Origin: Actinomycetota bacterium
GTDB lineage: Bacteria; Actinomycetota; UBA4738; CALAEC01
NCBI GenBank assembly: GCA_050692555.1
Contig: JBOGVS010000002.1
Coordinates: forward strand, 50,651 to 114,650
Direction: 5' to 3'
DNA length: 64,000 nucleotides
Made by a program: the position numbers and the translations under genes. Shown piece after piece: positions 1-9,963 of the stretch. Numbering within the stretch: position 1 is the stretch's first letter; the number at the start of each line of letters is the position of its first letter. Below the pieces are notes generated by a model, which worked only from the letters and a program-made list of their open reading frames with translations, was not told the DNA's origin and ran no database searches.

Positions 1-665
1 CTGGAGGGACCCCAGAACCTCGAGCCCCCGCTGGCCCCTGGCCCGGCGGCCGGGATCGGACGCGTCCGCGATGCGTTGCAGCTCATCGAGCACGCCGCGA
101 GGGACCACCATGACGCCGCCCATGAATCCCGCGCGCACGACCTCCAGCACCCGGCCGTCGATGAAGGCGCTGGTGTCCATGACGTTGACCTCGTTTGCGG
201 AGACCGTGAACGCCTGGGTCTTCAGGCCGAACACTCCGAACAGCTCGTCACGCTTGGCCCGTCCCAGCCGGTAGCCCACGTATCCCAATATCAGTCCGAC
301 AAGGACCACGGTGGGGTATGCCGCCGCAGGTGGGAGCTGGAACAGCATGATCGAAACCAGCGCAGCGATGACCAGGCCCAGGATCAGGCCCAGGACCGCG
401 GCCAGGAGCTCGGAGGCCGGCATGCGCTGGAACTCCCGCTCCACAGCGGAAACAGCGACCACCGCCCGCCGCCCCATGACCCCTCCGGCCACGTACCCGC
501 TCAGGCTTCCGAGCACCACGATCAGCAGGCGGGTGGTCTCTTGAACGGAAAGGGCCTCGGCGATCTGCCAGCCCCCCGCGGTGAACAGGGCCACCAGGGC
601 CAGGCGGACGAGCTCGACGAAGATGCCCTGGCTGGCGGGCTTGGTGGGTGGCTGGGGCTCGCTCA
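1..665 (-). CDS. PIN/TRAM-domain membrane protein (YacL-like), partial: the C-terminus runs off the window
   Basis: Minus-strand translation from GTG near 663 gives N-terminal TM helices followed by a PIN-like segment (VNVMDTSAFIDGRVLEVVRAGFMGG...PRGVLDELQRIA). It has no in-window stop, so it is absent from the ORF track. It lies downstream of carD, as in the radA/yacL neighbourhoods of Firmicutes and Actinobacteria. Confidence 0.55.
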
Positions 666-707
666 CATCCTCACGGTGCCCCTCGTGGGAGGCGAGCGCA
701 CTCTCCC

Positions 708-1217
708 TCAGCCGGATGGCTCGAGCACGACCGAGTGAGCTTCCTCGAGCACCTTGTCGATCATGCCCTCGGCCTTCTCCTCGACCACGCCGACCGCGAA
801 TACCAGCTCCGAGACCAGGATCTGCCGGGCCTTGGCCAGCATCCGCTTCTCCCCAGCGGACAGCCCCTTCTCGTTCTCTCGGATCGCCAGGTTCCGGACG
901 ACCTCGGCGACCTGATAGACGTCACCGGAACGGATCTTCTCGATGTTGGTCTTGTAGCGCCGGCTCCAGTTCGACGGCATCCGGGACTCGTCTTCCCGGA
1001 GGACGTCGAGGACCTTCTTGACCTCGCGCTTGCTGACCACCTCGCGCAGGCCGACCTCCTCGGTGCTCTCCACCGGAACCATGAGGGTGAGGTCTCCGTA
1101 CGCAAGCCGGAGGACAAAGTACTTCCGTTTCTCTCCGAGGAATACTCGTTCCGTTACCTTTTCGATGACTGCGGCCCCGTGATGGGGGTAGATGACCTTG
1201 TCACCTTTCCGGAACAC
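708..1217 (-). CDS. carD: CarD-family RNA-polymerase-binding transcriptional regulator
   Basis: MFRKGDKVIYPHHGAAVIEKV...NWSRRYKTNIEKIRSGDVYQVAEVVRNL...LSAGEKRMLAKARQIL matches the CarD_CdnL_TRCF N-terminal domain and the mycobacterial CarD C-terminus. Confidence 0.9.
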   Translation of the reverse strand: MFRKGDKVIYPHHGAAVIEKVTERVFLGEKRKYFVLRLAYGDLTLMVPVESTEEVGLREVVSKREVKKVLDVLREDESRMPSNWSRRYKTNIEKIRSGDVYQVAEVVRNLAIRENEKGLSAGEKRMLAKARQILVSELVFAVGVVEEKAEGMIDKVLEEAHSVVLEPSG

Positions 1218-1326
1218 AGCGCTCCTTCATGCCATATCGGTGGGCGGACAGTGGCTGCTCGCGGCGCCTCATTGTAGCAGGCTGAGTGAGCTTGCGCCAA
1301 CCAAAGTCCCTGGTCACACCATGTTT

Positions 1327-2712
1327 TCACGCAGCGGAACCGTCCGCTTCAATGTCACCCGACGCTGCGTCACGGTGATTCACGGACGAGGGACCGGCCG
1401 CCCGTCGGCGACACCACCGAAGCGCGTCGGCCAGTCGGCGGACGGGCACCACCTTCACGCCGGGGAGCGCCTCGGCGCCGGCGGGACAGAACACCGTCCG
1501 GATGCCGGCCGCCGCCGCGGCCGCCAACCGGGGACCCATGCCGGCCACCGGGCGAACCGCCCCGGTGAGGCTGACCTCGCCGACGAACGCGGAGCTCTGA
1601 GGCGGAGAAGTCCGGCTCACCGCCGAGGCCAGCGCGGCGGCAACCGCCAGGTCGGACCCCGGGTCGTCGACGTGGAGCCCACCCGCGGCGGCTCCATAGA
1701 CCTCCGAGTGGTTGAGCGACAGTCGAGCGACGCGATCGGTGACCGCAGCCACCAGCCCGAACCGCCGATGGTCCAGCCCGGAGGCGTGCCGCCGGGGGGA
1801 TCCACCGGTGGGCACGGCCAACGCCTGGATCTCCACCGCCAGTGCACGCCGGCCCGCCGATACGAGGGCCACCGAGGCTCCCGCCTCGGGTTCCAGGGAG
1901 ACCAGCCCCCGGGCCCGATCCACCTCCGTCAGCCCGCCCGGCCCCATCTCGAACCAGGCCACCTCCCCTTCCGGCCCGAACCGGTTCTTGCCACCGGCCA
2001 GAACCCTCAGCCCGGTGGCGCCGTCCCCGTCGAACGAGCACACCACGTCCACCGCGTGCTCCAGGGTCCGGGGACCAGCCAGGTCGCCGGACTTGGTCAC
2101 CTGGCCGGCGAGCACCACGGCGATCCCGGCCGACTTCGCCAGCCCGATCAACGCGTCGGCGCACGTACGGACCTGTGCGGGACCGCCCGGCAGAGACGGA
2201 AGGTCGGGGTCCCGGATCGCCTGGATGGAGTCCACCACCAGCACCGCTGGCCTGGCGGCCCGCGAGGCCTCCAGCACCCCGGGAAGCTCCCGCCCCGACA
2301 CGAATGAGGCGGCGTTTGGGTCCACCCCGACGCGCCGGGCCCGCTCCGCGACCTGCCCATGGGTCTCCTCGCCCGAAGCCACCAGGCAGGGGTGCCCGGC
2401 GGCGCCGAGGTGGCCCACGGCCTGGAGGAGAAGGGTGGACTTGCCGATCCCCGGCTCGCCCGCCACGAGGACTACCGAGCCGGGGACCAGGCCCCCGCCC
2501 AGAACCCGGTCCACGCCCGCGAACCCCGCGGACAGCTTCCGCTCAGAGTCCACAGTCCGGCCGTCGAAGACCTCCGGCGCGGACCCCGTGCCCGAGCCCC
2601 AGGGAGCCTCCTGGATGGACCCCCAGGCGCCGCAGCCGGGGCACCGGCCGGCCCACTGAGAGACCTGATGTCCGCACTCGGCGCACGAAAGAACCCGACG
2701 CACCTTCCCCAC
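1327..2712 (-). CDS. radA: DNA repair protein RadA (Sms)
   Basis: N-terminal C4 zinc ribbon (CAECGHQVSQWAGRCPGCGAWGS), Walker A GEPGIGKSTLLLQ, KNRFG motif and a Lon-like C-terminal domain. Confidence 0.95.
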   Translation of the reverse strand: MGKVRRVLSCAECGHQVSQWAGRCPGCGAWGSIQEAPWGSGTGSAPEVFDGRTVDSERKLSAGFAGVDRVLGGGLVPGSVVLVAGEPGIGKSTLLLQAVGHLGAAGHPCLVASGEETHGQVAERARRVGVDPNAASFVSGRELPGVLEASRAARPAVLVVDSIQAIRDPDLPSLPGGPAQVRTCADALIGLAKSAGIAVVLAGQVTKSGDLAGPRTLEHAVDVVCSFDGDGATGLRVLAGGKNRFGPEGEVAWFEMGPGGLTEVDRARGLVSLEPEAGASVALVSAGRRALAVEIQALAVPTGGSPRRHASGLDHRRFGLVAAVTDRVARLSLNHSEVYGAAAGGLHVDDPGSDLAVAAALASAVSRTSPPQSSAFVGEVSLTGAVRPVAGMGPRLAAAAAAGIRTVFCPAGAEALPGVKVVPVRRLADALRWCRRRAAGPSSVNHRDAASGDIEADGSAA

Positions 2713-2748
2713 ACCGCCCAGGCTAGTGCCGGGGGGTGACAGGGACCG

Positions 2749-2952
2749 CTACGCAGGCTGGGTGACCGCTTCGAGCAGCCGCCGGGAGGCCCCGGCCACC
2801 TCCCGCACGGCGGCGTCGAACGCCTCCGCGTTCTTCCGCGAGGGGATCCGGTACCCGCTGACCTTCCGGACGTACTGCAGCGCGGCCTCCTCGATCTCCC
2901 GTTCGGTGGCCGGCTCGTCCCGCCGGCGGAGAGTCTTGATGCTCCGACACAT
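2749..2952 (-). CDS. DUF2277-family small protein
   Basis: 67-aa ORF MCRSIKTLRRRDEPATEREIEEAALQYVRKVSGYRIPSRKNAEAFDAAVREVA, typical of DUF2277. The start was chosen at the internal Met of the longer track ORF 2749..3246. Confidence 0.55.
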   Translation of the reverse strand: MCRSIKTLRRRDEPATEREIEEAALQYVRKVSGYRIPSRKNAEAFDAAVREVAGASRRLLEAVTQPA

Positions 2953-2974
2953 GACCGGCAGGATACTCGTCCTG

Positions 2975-3631
2975 TCAGGCTCGGCCGGCCTCGATGTCGG
3001 CCACCCGGTCGCTGCCCGCAGCGCCGCATAGCTCGACCAGCGACACCCGGCCCGAAGCAAGGCGATCGCGAACCAGGCGGCGAACCTCCCGCAGGCGCCG
3101 GTACAACGCCCGGCCCGGGCAGGCCGTGCTGGCGTAGTCCAGGTGGCCCCGGATCGTACCCGCCGGAACCTCAAAGCGATCCACCGCCCAGGCCAGGACG
3201 TCGACCAGGACATCGACCTGCGCCGCCGAGGGACGCTGCTCGCCAAAGTGTCCCTCGCACATCACCAGGAGATGCCCCCTGGGGTCGTAGTTCGTGGCCG
3301 TGTCGCCCACGGCTCGGATCGGGCGTCCTTCGTACACGTTGCCGCGCCGATCGATCAGCAGGTGGTAGGCGATGTCCGGCCAGCCGCGGGCCTGATGGGC
3401 CCGCTGATGGGCCCGGAAGTGCGCCGGGGCGTCCCGGTTGTCGGTGAGCTTCGACGCGCTGTGGTGCACGGTGATCCGCCTGATGGTGTGCCGCTTGAAG
3501 CCGCCCCTCGGCTTCCGTGCCCCCCAGGCGTCCCGGCAGATCAATTCGATCGTGCGTTGCTGCGCGCTCGCCCGGCCACCGACCAGGAAGAGGGCCACAA
3601 GCTGGATGAACCGGCGCCGAGAGACGGCCAC
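2975..3631 (-). CDS. N-acetylmuramoyl-L-alanine amidase (amidase_2/PGRP domain), Tat-secreted
   Basis: Twin-arginine leader MAVSRRRFIQLVALFLVGG, then a PGRP/amidase_2-like core (ITVHHSA...YHLLIDRRGNVYEGRP...GHLDYASTACPG). Confidence 0.75.
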   Translation of the reverse strand: MAVSRRRFIQLVALFLVGGRASAQQRTIELICRDAWGARKPRGGFKRHTIRRITVHHSASKLTDNRDAPAHFRAHQRAHQARGWPDIAYHLLIDRRGNVYEGRPIRAVGDTATNYDPRGHLLVMCEGHFGEQRPSAAQVDVLVDVLAWAVDRFEVPAGTIRGHLDYASTACPGRALYRRLREVRRLVRDRLASGRVSLVELCGAAGSDRVADIEAGRA

Positions 3632-3699
3632 CTGCCGAGCCTAGCGCCCGGGATGCCGAGAGCCCAGCAACCTTTCGGCTGCCGGGCTCTTCGGCCTTA

Positions 3700-3725
3700 C
3701 CGTCCGCGGGCGTCCCCGCGGACGG
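3700..3725 (-). terminator. Perfect 10-bp stem hairpin downstream of clpC (CCGTCCGCGG-loop-CCGCGGACGG); no U-tract
   Basis: Read directly from the sequence. Located about 40 nt after the clpC stop in the clpC-amidase intergenic region. It may be a factor-independent terminator of the actinobacterial type, or an attenuator. Confidence 0.4.
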
Positions 3726-3762
3726 GGTGTGGTCCGGACCCGTTCCTTACCCCGGGCGGGGG

Positions 3763-6237
3763 CTAGGACTCCTGCTGGCCGGCCAGCTCGACCGGCGGGG
3801 TGTCCGGAGGCGGGGCGGCGGGTTCGAACACGATCTCGTCGTCCCGCACGCTCACGATGATCGTCTGACCGGCGGAGAACTCCTTGTACAGGATCTTCTC
3901 CGAGAGCGGATCCTCCACAAGCCGCTGGATCGTCCGCCGCAGGGGCCGGGCACCGAGCGAGGGGTCGTATCCCTTCTCGGCCAGGACCACCTTGGCCCCG
4001 TCGGTCAGCTCGATCTCCACGTCCTTCGACTTCAGCTGGGCCTCCACCCGCTTCATCATCAGGTCCACGATCTGCTTGACGTGCTCGCGGGACAGGGAGT
4101 GGAACACGATGATCTCGTCGATCCGGTTCAGGAACTCGGGACGGAAGGAGCGCTTCAGCTCCTCCATCACGTTGTCCCGCATCTTCTCGTAGGTGACGGA
4201 ATCCCCACCCGGCGAGAACCCCAGCGTGGTGCCCTTCTGGATGTCCCGGGTGCCCAGGTTGGAGGTCATGATGATCACGGTGTTCTTGAAGTCCACCGTG
4301 TGCCCCTGGGCGTCGGTGAGATGCCCGTCCTCCAGGATCTGCAGGAGCGTGTTGAACACGTCCGGGTGGGCCTTCTCGATCTCGTCGAACAGCACCACCG
4401 AGAACGGCTTGCGGCGCACCGCCTCGGTGAGCTGGCCGCCTTCCTCGTAGCCCACGTACCCCGGCGGCGAGCCGATCAGCCGGGACACGGTGTGCTTCTC
4501 CATGTACTCCGACATGTCCAGCTGGATAAGGGCGTCCTCGTCGCCGAACAGGAACTCGGCCAGCGCCTTGGACAGCTCGGTCTTCCCCACCCCGGAGGGC
4601 CCCAGGAAGACGAAGGAGCCCGACGGGCGCTTGGGGTCCTTGAGGCCGGCACGGGTCCGGCGGATGGACTTGGACACCGCGGCAACCGCCTCGTCCTGGT
4701 CGACGATGCGCTTGTGCAGCTCGTCCTCCATCCGGAGGAGCTTCTGGGTCTCCTCCTCGGTCAGCTTGAACACCGGGATGCCGGTCCATGCGGACAGGAC
4801 CTCGGCGATCTCCTCCTCGTCGACCTCCGACAGGATGTCGAGCTCGCCGGACTTCCACTCGGCCTCGCGGCGCTTCCGTTCGGTCTGAAGCTCCTGCTCC
4901 TCCTCCTTCAGGACCTGGGCCCGCTGGAAGTCCTGGGAGTCGACCGCCGACTCCTTCTGCATCCGGACCTCGGCGATCTTCTCGTCGACCTCTCGGACGT
5001 CCGGCGGCGCGGTCATCCGGCGGATCCGCATCCGCGACCCCGCCTCGTCGATCAGGTCGATGGCCTTGTCCGGAAGGAACCGGTCGCTGATGTACCGGTC
5101 CGACAGGTTGGCCGCGGCCACCAGGGCGTCGTCCGTGAACGACACGCGGTGGTGGGCCTCGTACCGATCCCGGAGCCCCTTGAGGATGTCGATGGTGTGG
5201 GACACGGATGGCTCTTTCACGTCGATGGGCTGGAACCTGCGCTCGAGCGCCGCGTCCTTCTCCAGGTGCTTGCGGTACTCGTCGCGGGTGGTGGCCCCGA
5301 TGGTCTGGAGCTCACCGCGGGCCAGCATGGGCTTGAGGATGGAAGCGGCGTCGATCGCTCCCTCCGCCGCTCCGGCGCCCACCAGGGTGTGGAGCTCGTC
5401 GATGAACAGCACGATGTCTCCGCGGGTGCGGATCTCCTTGAGCACCTTCTTCAGGCGCTCCTCGAAGTCACCGCGGTACCGGGACCCGGCCACCAGGGCG
5501 CCGAGGTCCAGCGTGTAGATCTTCTTTCCCTTGAGCGTCTCGGGGACGTTGCCCTTGACGATGTCCTGGGCCAGGCCCTCGACCACGGCGGTCTTGCCCA
5601 CTCCCGGTTCGCCGATCAGCACGGGGTTGTTCTTGGTCCGGCGGGACAGGACCTGCATGACCCGCTCGATCTCCTTCTCCCGGCCGATGACCGGATCGAG
5701 CTTGTTCTCGTGGGCCAGGCCGGTGAGGTTGCGCCCGAACTGATCCAGGACCATGGAGCCCTGCGGTGCCTGCTCCCCGGGGCCGGCTTCCTTCCCCCCG
5801 GTGTAGCCCGACAGGAGCTGGATGACCTGCTGGCGGACCCGGTTGAGGTCCGCGCCGAGCTTCTGGAGGACCTGGGCGGCGACACCTTCTCCCTCTCGGA
5901 TCAAGCCCAGGAGGATGTGCTCGGTACCGATGTAGTTGTGGCCGAGCTGGAGGGCTTCGCGAAGCGACAGCTCCAGCACCTTCTTGGCTCGAGGGGTGAA
6001 CGGGATATGGCCGGTGGGGGCCGACTGCCCCTGGCCGATGATCTCTTCGACCTGCTGTCGGACCGCCTCCAGGGAGATCCCCAGGGACTCGAGGGCCTTG
6101 GCGGCCACCCCTTCCCCTTCGTGGATCAGGCCCAGGAGGATGTGCTCGGTGCCGATGTAGTTGTGGTTGAGCATCCTCGCCTCTTCTTGGGCGAGGACCA
6201 CGACCCGGCGAGCCCGGTCGGTGAACCGCTCGAACAT
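3763..6237 (-). CDS. clpC: ATP-dependent Clp protease ATP-binding subunit ClpC1
   Basis: [37 protein letters not shown] (Clp_N repeats), two AAA+ modules ([15 protein letters not shown]; [18 protein letters not shown]), a UVR motif and the ClpB D2-small domain. The start was set at MFERF, 20 codons inside the track ORF. Confidence 0.95.
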   Translation of the reverse strand: MFERFTDRARRVVVLAQEEARMLNHNYIGTEHILLGLIHEGEGVAAKALESLGISLEAVRQQVEEIIGQGQSAPTGHIPFTPRAKKVLELSLREALQLGHNYIGTEHILLGLIREGEGVAAQVLQKLGADLNRVRQQVIQLLSGYTGGKEAGPGEQAPQGSMVLDQFGRNLTGLAHENKLDPVIGREKEIERVMQVLSRRTKNNPVLIGEPGVGKTAVVEGLAQDIVKGNVPETLKGKKIYTLDLGALVAGSRYRGDFEERLKKVLKEIRTRGDIVLFIDELHTLVGAGAAEGAIDAASILKPMLARGELQTIGATTRDEYRKHLEKDAALERRFQPIDVKEPSVSHTIDILKGLRDRYEAHHRVSFTDDALVAAANLSDRYISDRFLPDKAIDLIDEAGSRMRIRRMTAPPDVREVDEKIAEVRMQKESAVDSQDFQRAQVLKEEEQELQTERKRREAEWKSGELDILSEVDEEEIAEVLSAWTGIPVFKLTEEETQKLLRMEDELHKRIVDQDEAVAAVSKSIRRTRAGLKDPKRPSGSFVFLGPSGVGKTELSKALAEFLFGDEDALIQLDMSEYMEKHTVSRLIGSPPGYVGYEEGGQLTEAVRRKPFSVVLFDEIEKAHPDVFNTLLQILEDGHLTDAQGHTVDFKNTVIIMTSNLGTRDIQKGTTLGFSPGGDSVTYEKMRDNVMEELKRSFRPEFLNRIDEIIVFHSLSREHVKQIVDLMMKRVEAQLKSKDVEIELTDGAKVVLAEKGYDPSLGARPLRRTIQRLVEDPLSEKILYKEFSAGQTIIVSVRDDEIVFEPAAPPPDTPPVELAGQQES

Positions 6238-6502
6238 CTCGTTCCTCTCCCTCCGAGCCGCACCTGCGGCTCCTTGGGTTCCGCCCCGGGGATCCACGGA
6301 ACCCCGTCCTACCCCCGAGGCACAGCGGGTGCCCCTTCGGGTGCGGCCTTCGCGCCCCCGGAGCGCCCTGCGCGACGATTATAACTCCGGGGTCCGACGG
6401 TCCCCCCGGAAGCCTTCTCTCGGCTCTCCGTGTAACCGCCGCGCCTCCACCCGTATTTCGGTCGGCACGGGGGCTCGGATGAGGTTTTCTAGGGGTTTTT
6501 CC

Positions 6503-6763
6503 CTAGGAGGTGGCCTTCTGGGTGCCCTCGGGGCCCTCCAGGCGGTCCTTGACCGTGCCGCTGGCCTGCTCGACCGCCCTGATGCTTCGCTCCGTCCCGG
6601 TCTCCACCACCTCGCGGCCCTTGCTCACCATCCGCTGGACCGAGGGGTTCCCGGTGAACTGGTCCCAGGCGGCCCTGAGCTCTTCGTACCGCTCTCGGCC
6701 TGCCTTGGTCCCCAGGACGTAGCCCACCCCGAAGCCGACCAGCAATCCCGTCTTGAATCCCAT
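6503..6763 (-). CDS. Small membrane protein, hypothetical
   Basis: 86-aa ORF starting MGFKTGLLVGFGVGYVLGTKAGRERYEELRAAW, with GGAGG 7 nt upstream of the ATG. It has one N-terminal TM/glycine-zipper helix followed by a charged tail. Confidence 0.4.
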   Translation of the reverse strand: MGFKTGLLVGFGVGYVLGTKAGRERYEELRAAWDQFTGNPSVQRMVSKGREVVETGTERSIRAVEQASGTVKDRLEGPEGTQKATS

Positions 6764-6879
6764 CCCGACCTCCTTCGATTCGACGGTCCCTATCATTCCC
6801 AACCCCGCCCGGTTGTATCAACCCCGGCTTGTCGGGCCGGGACCGGGGAATAGATGAGGGAGAGGAAAGGAGGCAGACC

Positions 6880-7113
6880 ATGGCCCAGGACCGCCACGAA
6901 CACGGCGAGACCGTCCACAACCACGAGCATCACCACATCGTGCATTACCTGTCACACGGTGAGGACTGGTCCCATCTCGCCGCGACCCATGGGCACGAGC
7001 ACAACCATCCGCGAGTGGAGCACAGCCATCAGGCCCACCGCGATCAGGAAGAAGAGCACGAGCGCGAGGGCCACATCCACGACCACGCCAGCCCGGCGGA
7101 TTCACCCGGCTAG
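6880..7113 (+). CDS. Histidine-rich small protein (putative metal-binding)
   Basis: MAQDRHEHGETVHNHEHHHIVHYLSHGEDWSHLAATHGHEHNHPRVEHSHQAHRDQEEEHEREGHIHDHASPADSPG: about 20 His in 77 aa. AGGAGG precedes the ATG at 6880. Confidence 0.5.
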   Translation: MAQDRHEHGETVHNHEHHHIVHYLSHGEDWSHLAATHGHEHNHPRVEHSHQAHRDQEEEHEREGHIHDHASPADSPG

Positions 7114-8468
7114 AGCACCGGGTCCTCGCCCGGCCGGCTGAGGATCCCGAACTCGGAGCGCCAGTACTTGGGGCTCGGCTTCATCGGACGCCAGTTGGGG
7201 AAGAACACCCGCTTGTCACGATCCAGGAGGTTCACCTTCTCCCCGTCGGTGGTGAACGTCCGCATGATGGGACGCCAGGACACGATCGCAGAGGCCTCCG
7301 GAGAAGGAGGCTCGGCGTGGTCGACGGCGAACAGCCCGAGCTGGCTCTCTTCGGCCAGGACGTGGTCGTCGGGGCCCAGGCGGACCGAGATGGCCGAGTA
7401 GGTCTGGTCCCTGAACGTCTCCAGGATCCGGATCAGAGCCGCTCCGCCCCGCCCGTCGGTTCGTGCCAGCGCCTCGGCCAGCGCTCGCACTGCGTCGTAG
7501 CCCTCCTGCTCCAGGCCGGCGGGGGCGTGCCCGGACGCTTGGGTGAAGGCTTCCCGGAACTCCTGCACCCGGGGCAGCATGTCCGCCCAGCCCGACCAGG
7601 TGTACGGGTAGCAGGCCACGATGCCCGGGCGCGCTGCTCCCTCCCTGGCGAACGCGGCCTGGAGGGCGTCGGCGGACAGGGCCAGCTGGGGTGGGTCCGG
7701 GATTCGGCCGAGCGCTCGGGACACCTCCACGGCGGTCAGCGTGGAGCCCAGGAACACCACGGCGTCTGCTCCCTGGGCGACCGAGGGAACGGTCCGGCGA
7801 GCTTCTCCCGCACCGACGGTTCCGGTGGCCGATGGGGCCGAGCCTTCCTCCGCCAGCGCTGCGGACATAACCGCCTGAGCCACATCTCCCCCCGGGCCCG
7901 GCTCCGTCAGGACCACGATCCGCTGGTGCCCTCGGTCCGCCACGAGATACCGGGCCAGCTTTCGGGCCTGCCACCTCAACGGGACGGAGGTCTGGAACGC
8001 GGACCGGAACAGGGCCCGGCCGCTGTACAGGTCGCCACCCAGGACCACCACCGGGACGCCGGCGGTCTCGATGTCCGTGCGGGCCTCGGAGACCGCCGCG
8101 GAGTCTCCCACCACCAGCACCGCTGCCGGCCGATCCACCATCGCCTGGCGGATCAGCGAGAGCGTCCGGGCCGGGTCGCCCAGGTCGTCGGCCACGCCGA
8201 GCTGGAGCGAACGGCCTTCCAGGCCGCCGGCCTCGTTGATCTCCAGCTGGGCCAGCCGCATCCCGTCGAGGAAAGAGGCGTCCGTCTCGGAGGTCGGGCC
8301 GCTCTCCGTTCCGATCACCCGCAACCGCACCGGCTCCGCCGATGCGGAGGGGGATCCTGCGGGTCCAGCCTCCGGTCGCCCGGATCCCCCGTTCTCACTA
8401 CCCGTGCAGGCGGAAGCGAGAAGAAGCGCCAATCCGACTGCCGCTGGGCGCCGCCGTTCGGGCCGCAA
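7110..8468 (-). CDS. ABC-transporter-type periplasmic substrate-binding lipoprotein (PBP1, Leu/Ile/Val-binding-like); orphan, no permease adjacent
   Basis: Lipoprotein signal MRPERRRPAAVGLALLLASAC, and the PBP type-1 fold is recognisable along the full length. It starts 1 nt after the lysS stop and its stop overlaps the His-rich gene stop by 4 nt. Confidence 0.7.
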   Translation of the reverse strand: MRPERRRPAAVGLALLLASACTGSENGGSGRPEAGPAGSPSASAEPVRLRVIGTESGPTSETDASFLDGMRLAQLEINEAGGLEGRSLQLGVADDLGDPARTLSLIRQAMVDRPAAVLVVGDSAAVSEARTDIETAGVPVVVLGGDLYSGRALFRSAFQTSVPLRWQARKLARYLVADRGHQRIVVLTEPGPGGDVAQAVMSAALAEEGSAPSATGTVGAGEARRTVPSVAQGADAVVFLGSTLTAVEVSRALGRIPDPPQLALSADALQAAFAREGAARPGIVACYPYTWSGWADMLPRVQEFREAFTQASGHAPAGLEQEGYDAVRALAEALARTDGRGGAALIRILETFRDQTYSAISVRLGPDDHVLAEESQLGLFAVDHAEPPSPEASAIVSWRPIMRTFTTDGEKVNLLDRDKRVFFPNWRPMKPSPKYWRSEFGILSRPGEDPVL

Positions 8469-8469
8469 C

Positions 8470-9963
8470 CTAGGTTTCTGGACGGAGCGTGGGGAACAGG
8501 ATGACCTCGCGGAGCGAAGGGGCGTCGGTGAGGACCATCAACAGGCGGTCCACCCCGAGTCCCAGTCCGCCGGCCGGGGGCATGCCGTGCTCCAGGGCGA
8601 CCAGGAACTCCTCGTCGTGCGGATGGGCCTCCTCGTCCCCGGCCGCCCGTTGGTCCCGCTGCATCTCGAACCTGCGGCGCTGCTCGTCGGGGTCGGTGAG
8701 CTCCGAGTAGGCCGGGGCGAGCTCCACCCCGCCCATCACCAGGTCGAAGTGCTCCGTGAGGTGAGGATCCTCCCGATGGGTCCTGGCCAGCGGCGAGACC
8801 TCGCGAGGGAAGTCCTTGACGATCGTGGGCTCGATCAGGGACTCCTCTACCAGCTTCTCGAACAGCTCGAGGACCAGCTTCCCGGCTCCCCAAGCCGGGT
8901 GGTAGCCGACCCCATGCTCGTCGCACAGAGCGTGGAGGTCGTCGATCGAGTCATCGATGGACACGGTCCGCCCGGTCGCCTCCGAGACCAGCTCGGTGAG
9001 GGTCGACCGGCGCCACGGCTTCTCCAGGTCCACCTCCGCTCCGCGCCAGGCAAAGGTGTGGCCTCCGTGCACCGCCACGCATGCCGCCTTCACCAGGCCC
9101 TCGACCAGGTCCATCATGTCCTCGTAGGAGCCGTAGGCCTGGTACGCCTCGAGCATCGTGAACTCCGGGAAGTGCGTGCGGTCGATCCCCTCGTTGCGGA
9201 AGTTCTTCCCCACCTCGTAGACCCGTTCGATACCCCCCACCAGAAGGCGCTTCAGATGGAGCTCCACGGCGATCCTCAGGTACACGTCGATGTCCAGCGC
9301 GTCGAAATGGGTGACGAACGGCCTGGCCAGCCCCCCACCGGGCACCGGCTGGAGGATCGGCGTCTCGACCTCCACGAACCCACGCTCGTCCAGGTGGGAG
9401 CGGAGCGCCGCGAGCATGCGGGCCCGGGCCGTCACGTGCTCTCTGACCTCGGGATTCGCCGCCAGGTCGAGGTACCGGCGCCGGTACCGGAGCTCCACGT
9501 CGCGGAGCCCGTGGAACTTCTCGGGCAACGGCCGCAGCGACTTGGTGAGCAACGTCAGACTGGAGGCCCGGACCGAGAGCTCCCCGCGTTTCGTCTTCAT
9601 CACCTCGCCCCCGGCGCCGACCCAGTCGCCAAGGTCCAGGTCCTCCAGGCCGGCGAAAGCGTCTGGGGCAAGGTCCTCCTCGGTGAGGAACAGCTGGATG
9701 GTGCCGGACCCGTCGCGGAGGACCCCGAACGCCAGCTTCCCATGGTGCCGGAGGGCCACCAGCCGTCCGGCCACCCGAACGGTCTGGCCCGAGGACTCGC
9801 CGGTGGCCAGTCCGTCGAACTTCTCGTGCAGCTCGGAAGCCATCGCGTCGCGGTCGAAGCGCAACGCGAATGGCTCCACGCCTCGTTCCCGGAGCTTGTC
9901 GAGCTTGTGCCGGCGAACCGCCAGGACATCCTCTGCGGGAGGCGGCTCCTGATCGTCCTTCAT
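8470..9963 (-). CDS. lysS: Lysine--tRNA ligase (class II)
   Basis: N-terminal OB anticodon-binding domain, then class II motifs (FRNEGIDRTHFPEFTMLEAY; GGLGLGVDRLLMVL). Confidence 0.95.
   Translation of the reverse strand: MKDDQEPPPAEDVLAVRRHKLDKLRERGVEPFALRFDRDAMASELHEKFDGLATGESSGQTVRVAGRLVALRHHGKLAFGVLRDGSGTIQLFLTEEDLAPDAFAGLEDLDLGDWVGAGGEVMKTKRGELSVRASSLTLLTKSLRPLPEKFHGLRDVELRYRRRYLDLAANPEVREHVTARARMLAALRSHLDERGFVEVETPILQPVPGGGLARPFVTHFDALDIDVYLRIAVELHLKRLLVGGIERVYEVGKNFRNEGIDRTHFPEFTMLEAYQAYGSYEDMMDLVEGLVKAACVAVHGGHTFAWRGAEVDLEKPWRRSTLTELVSEATGRTVSIDDSIDDLHALCDEHGVGYHPAWGAGKLVLELFEKLVEESLIEPTIVKDFPREVSPLARTHREDPHLTEHFDLVMGGVELAPAYSELTDPDEQRRRFEMQRDQRAAGDEEAHPHDEEFLVALEHGMPPAGGLGLGVDRLLMVLTDAPSLREVILFPTLRPET

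Noticed and set aside
6364-6374. CGC-N5-GCG motif upstream of clpC, reminiscent of ClgR operators
   Set aside because: A motif this short is expected many times by chance at this GC content. There is no second half-site context and no clgR nearby, so the evidence is insufficient.
3727-6384. 885-aa plus-strand ORF antisense to clpC. Similar long antisense ORFs occur at 1192..2307, 8071..10065, 18876..20747, 38559..40778, 56362..58134 and 57 others.
   Set aside because: Arg/Gly/Pro/His-rich low-complexity translations typical of antisense frames in roughly 70% GC DNA. Each is fully overlapped by a well-supported gene on the other strand with clear family motifs.
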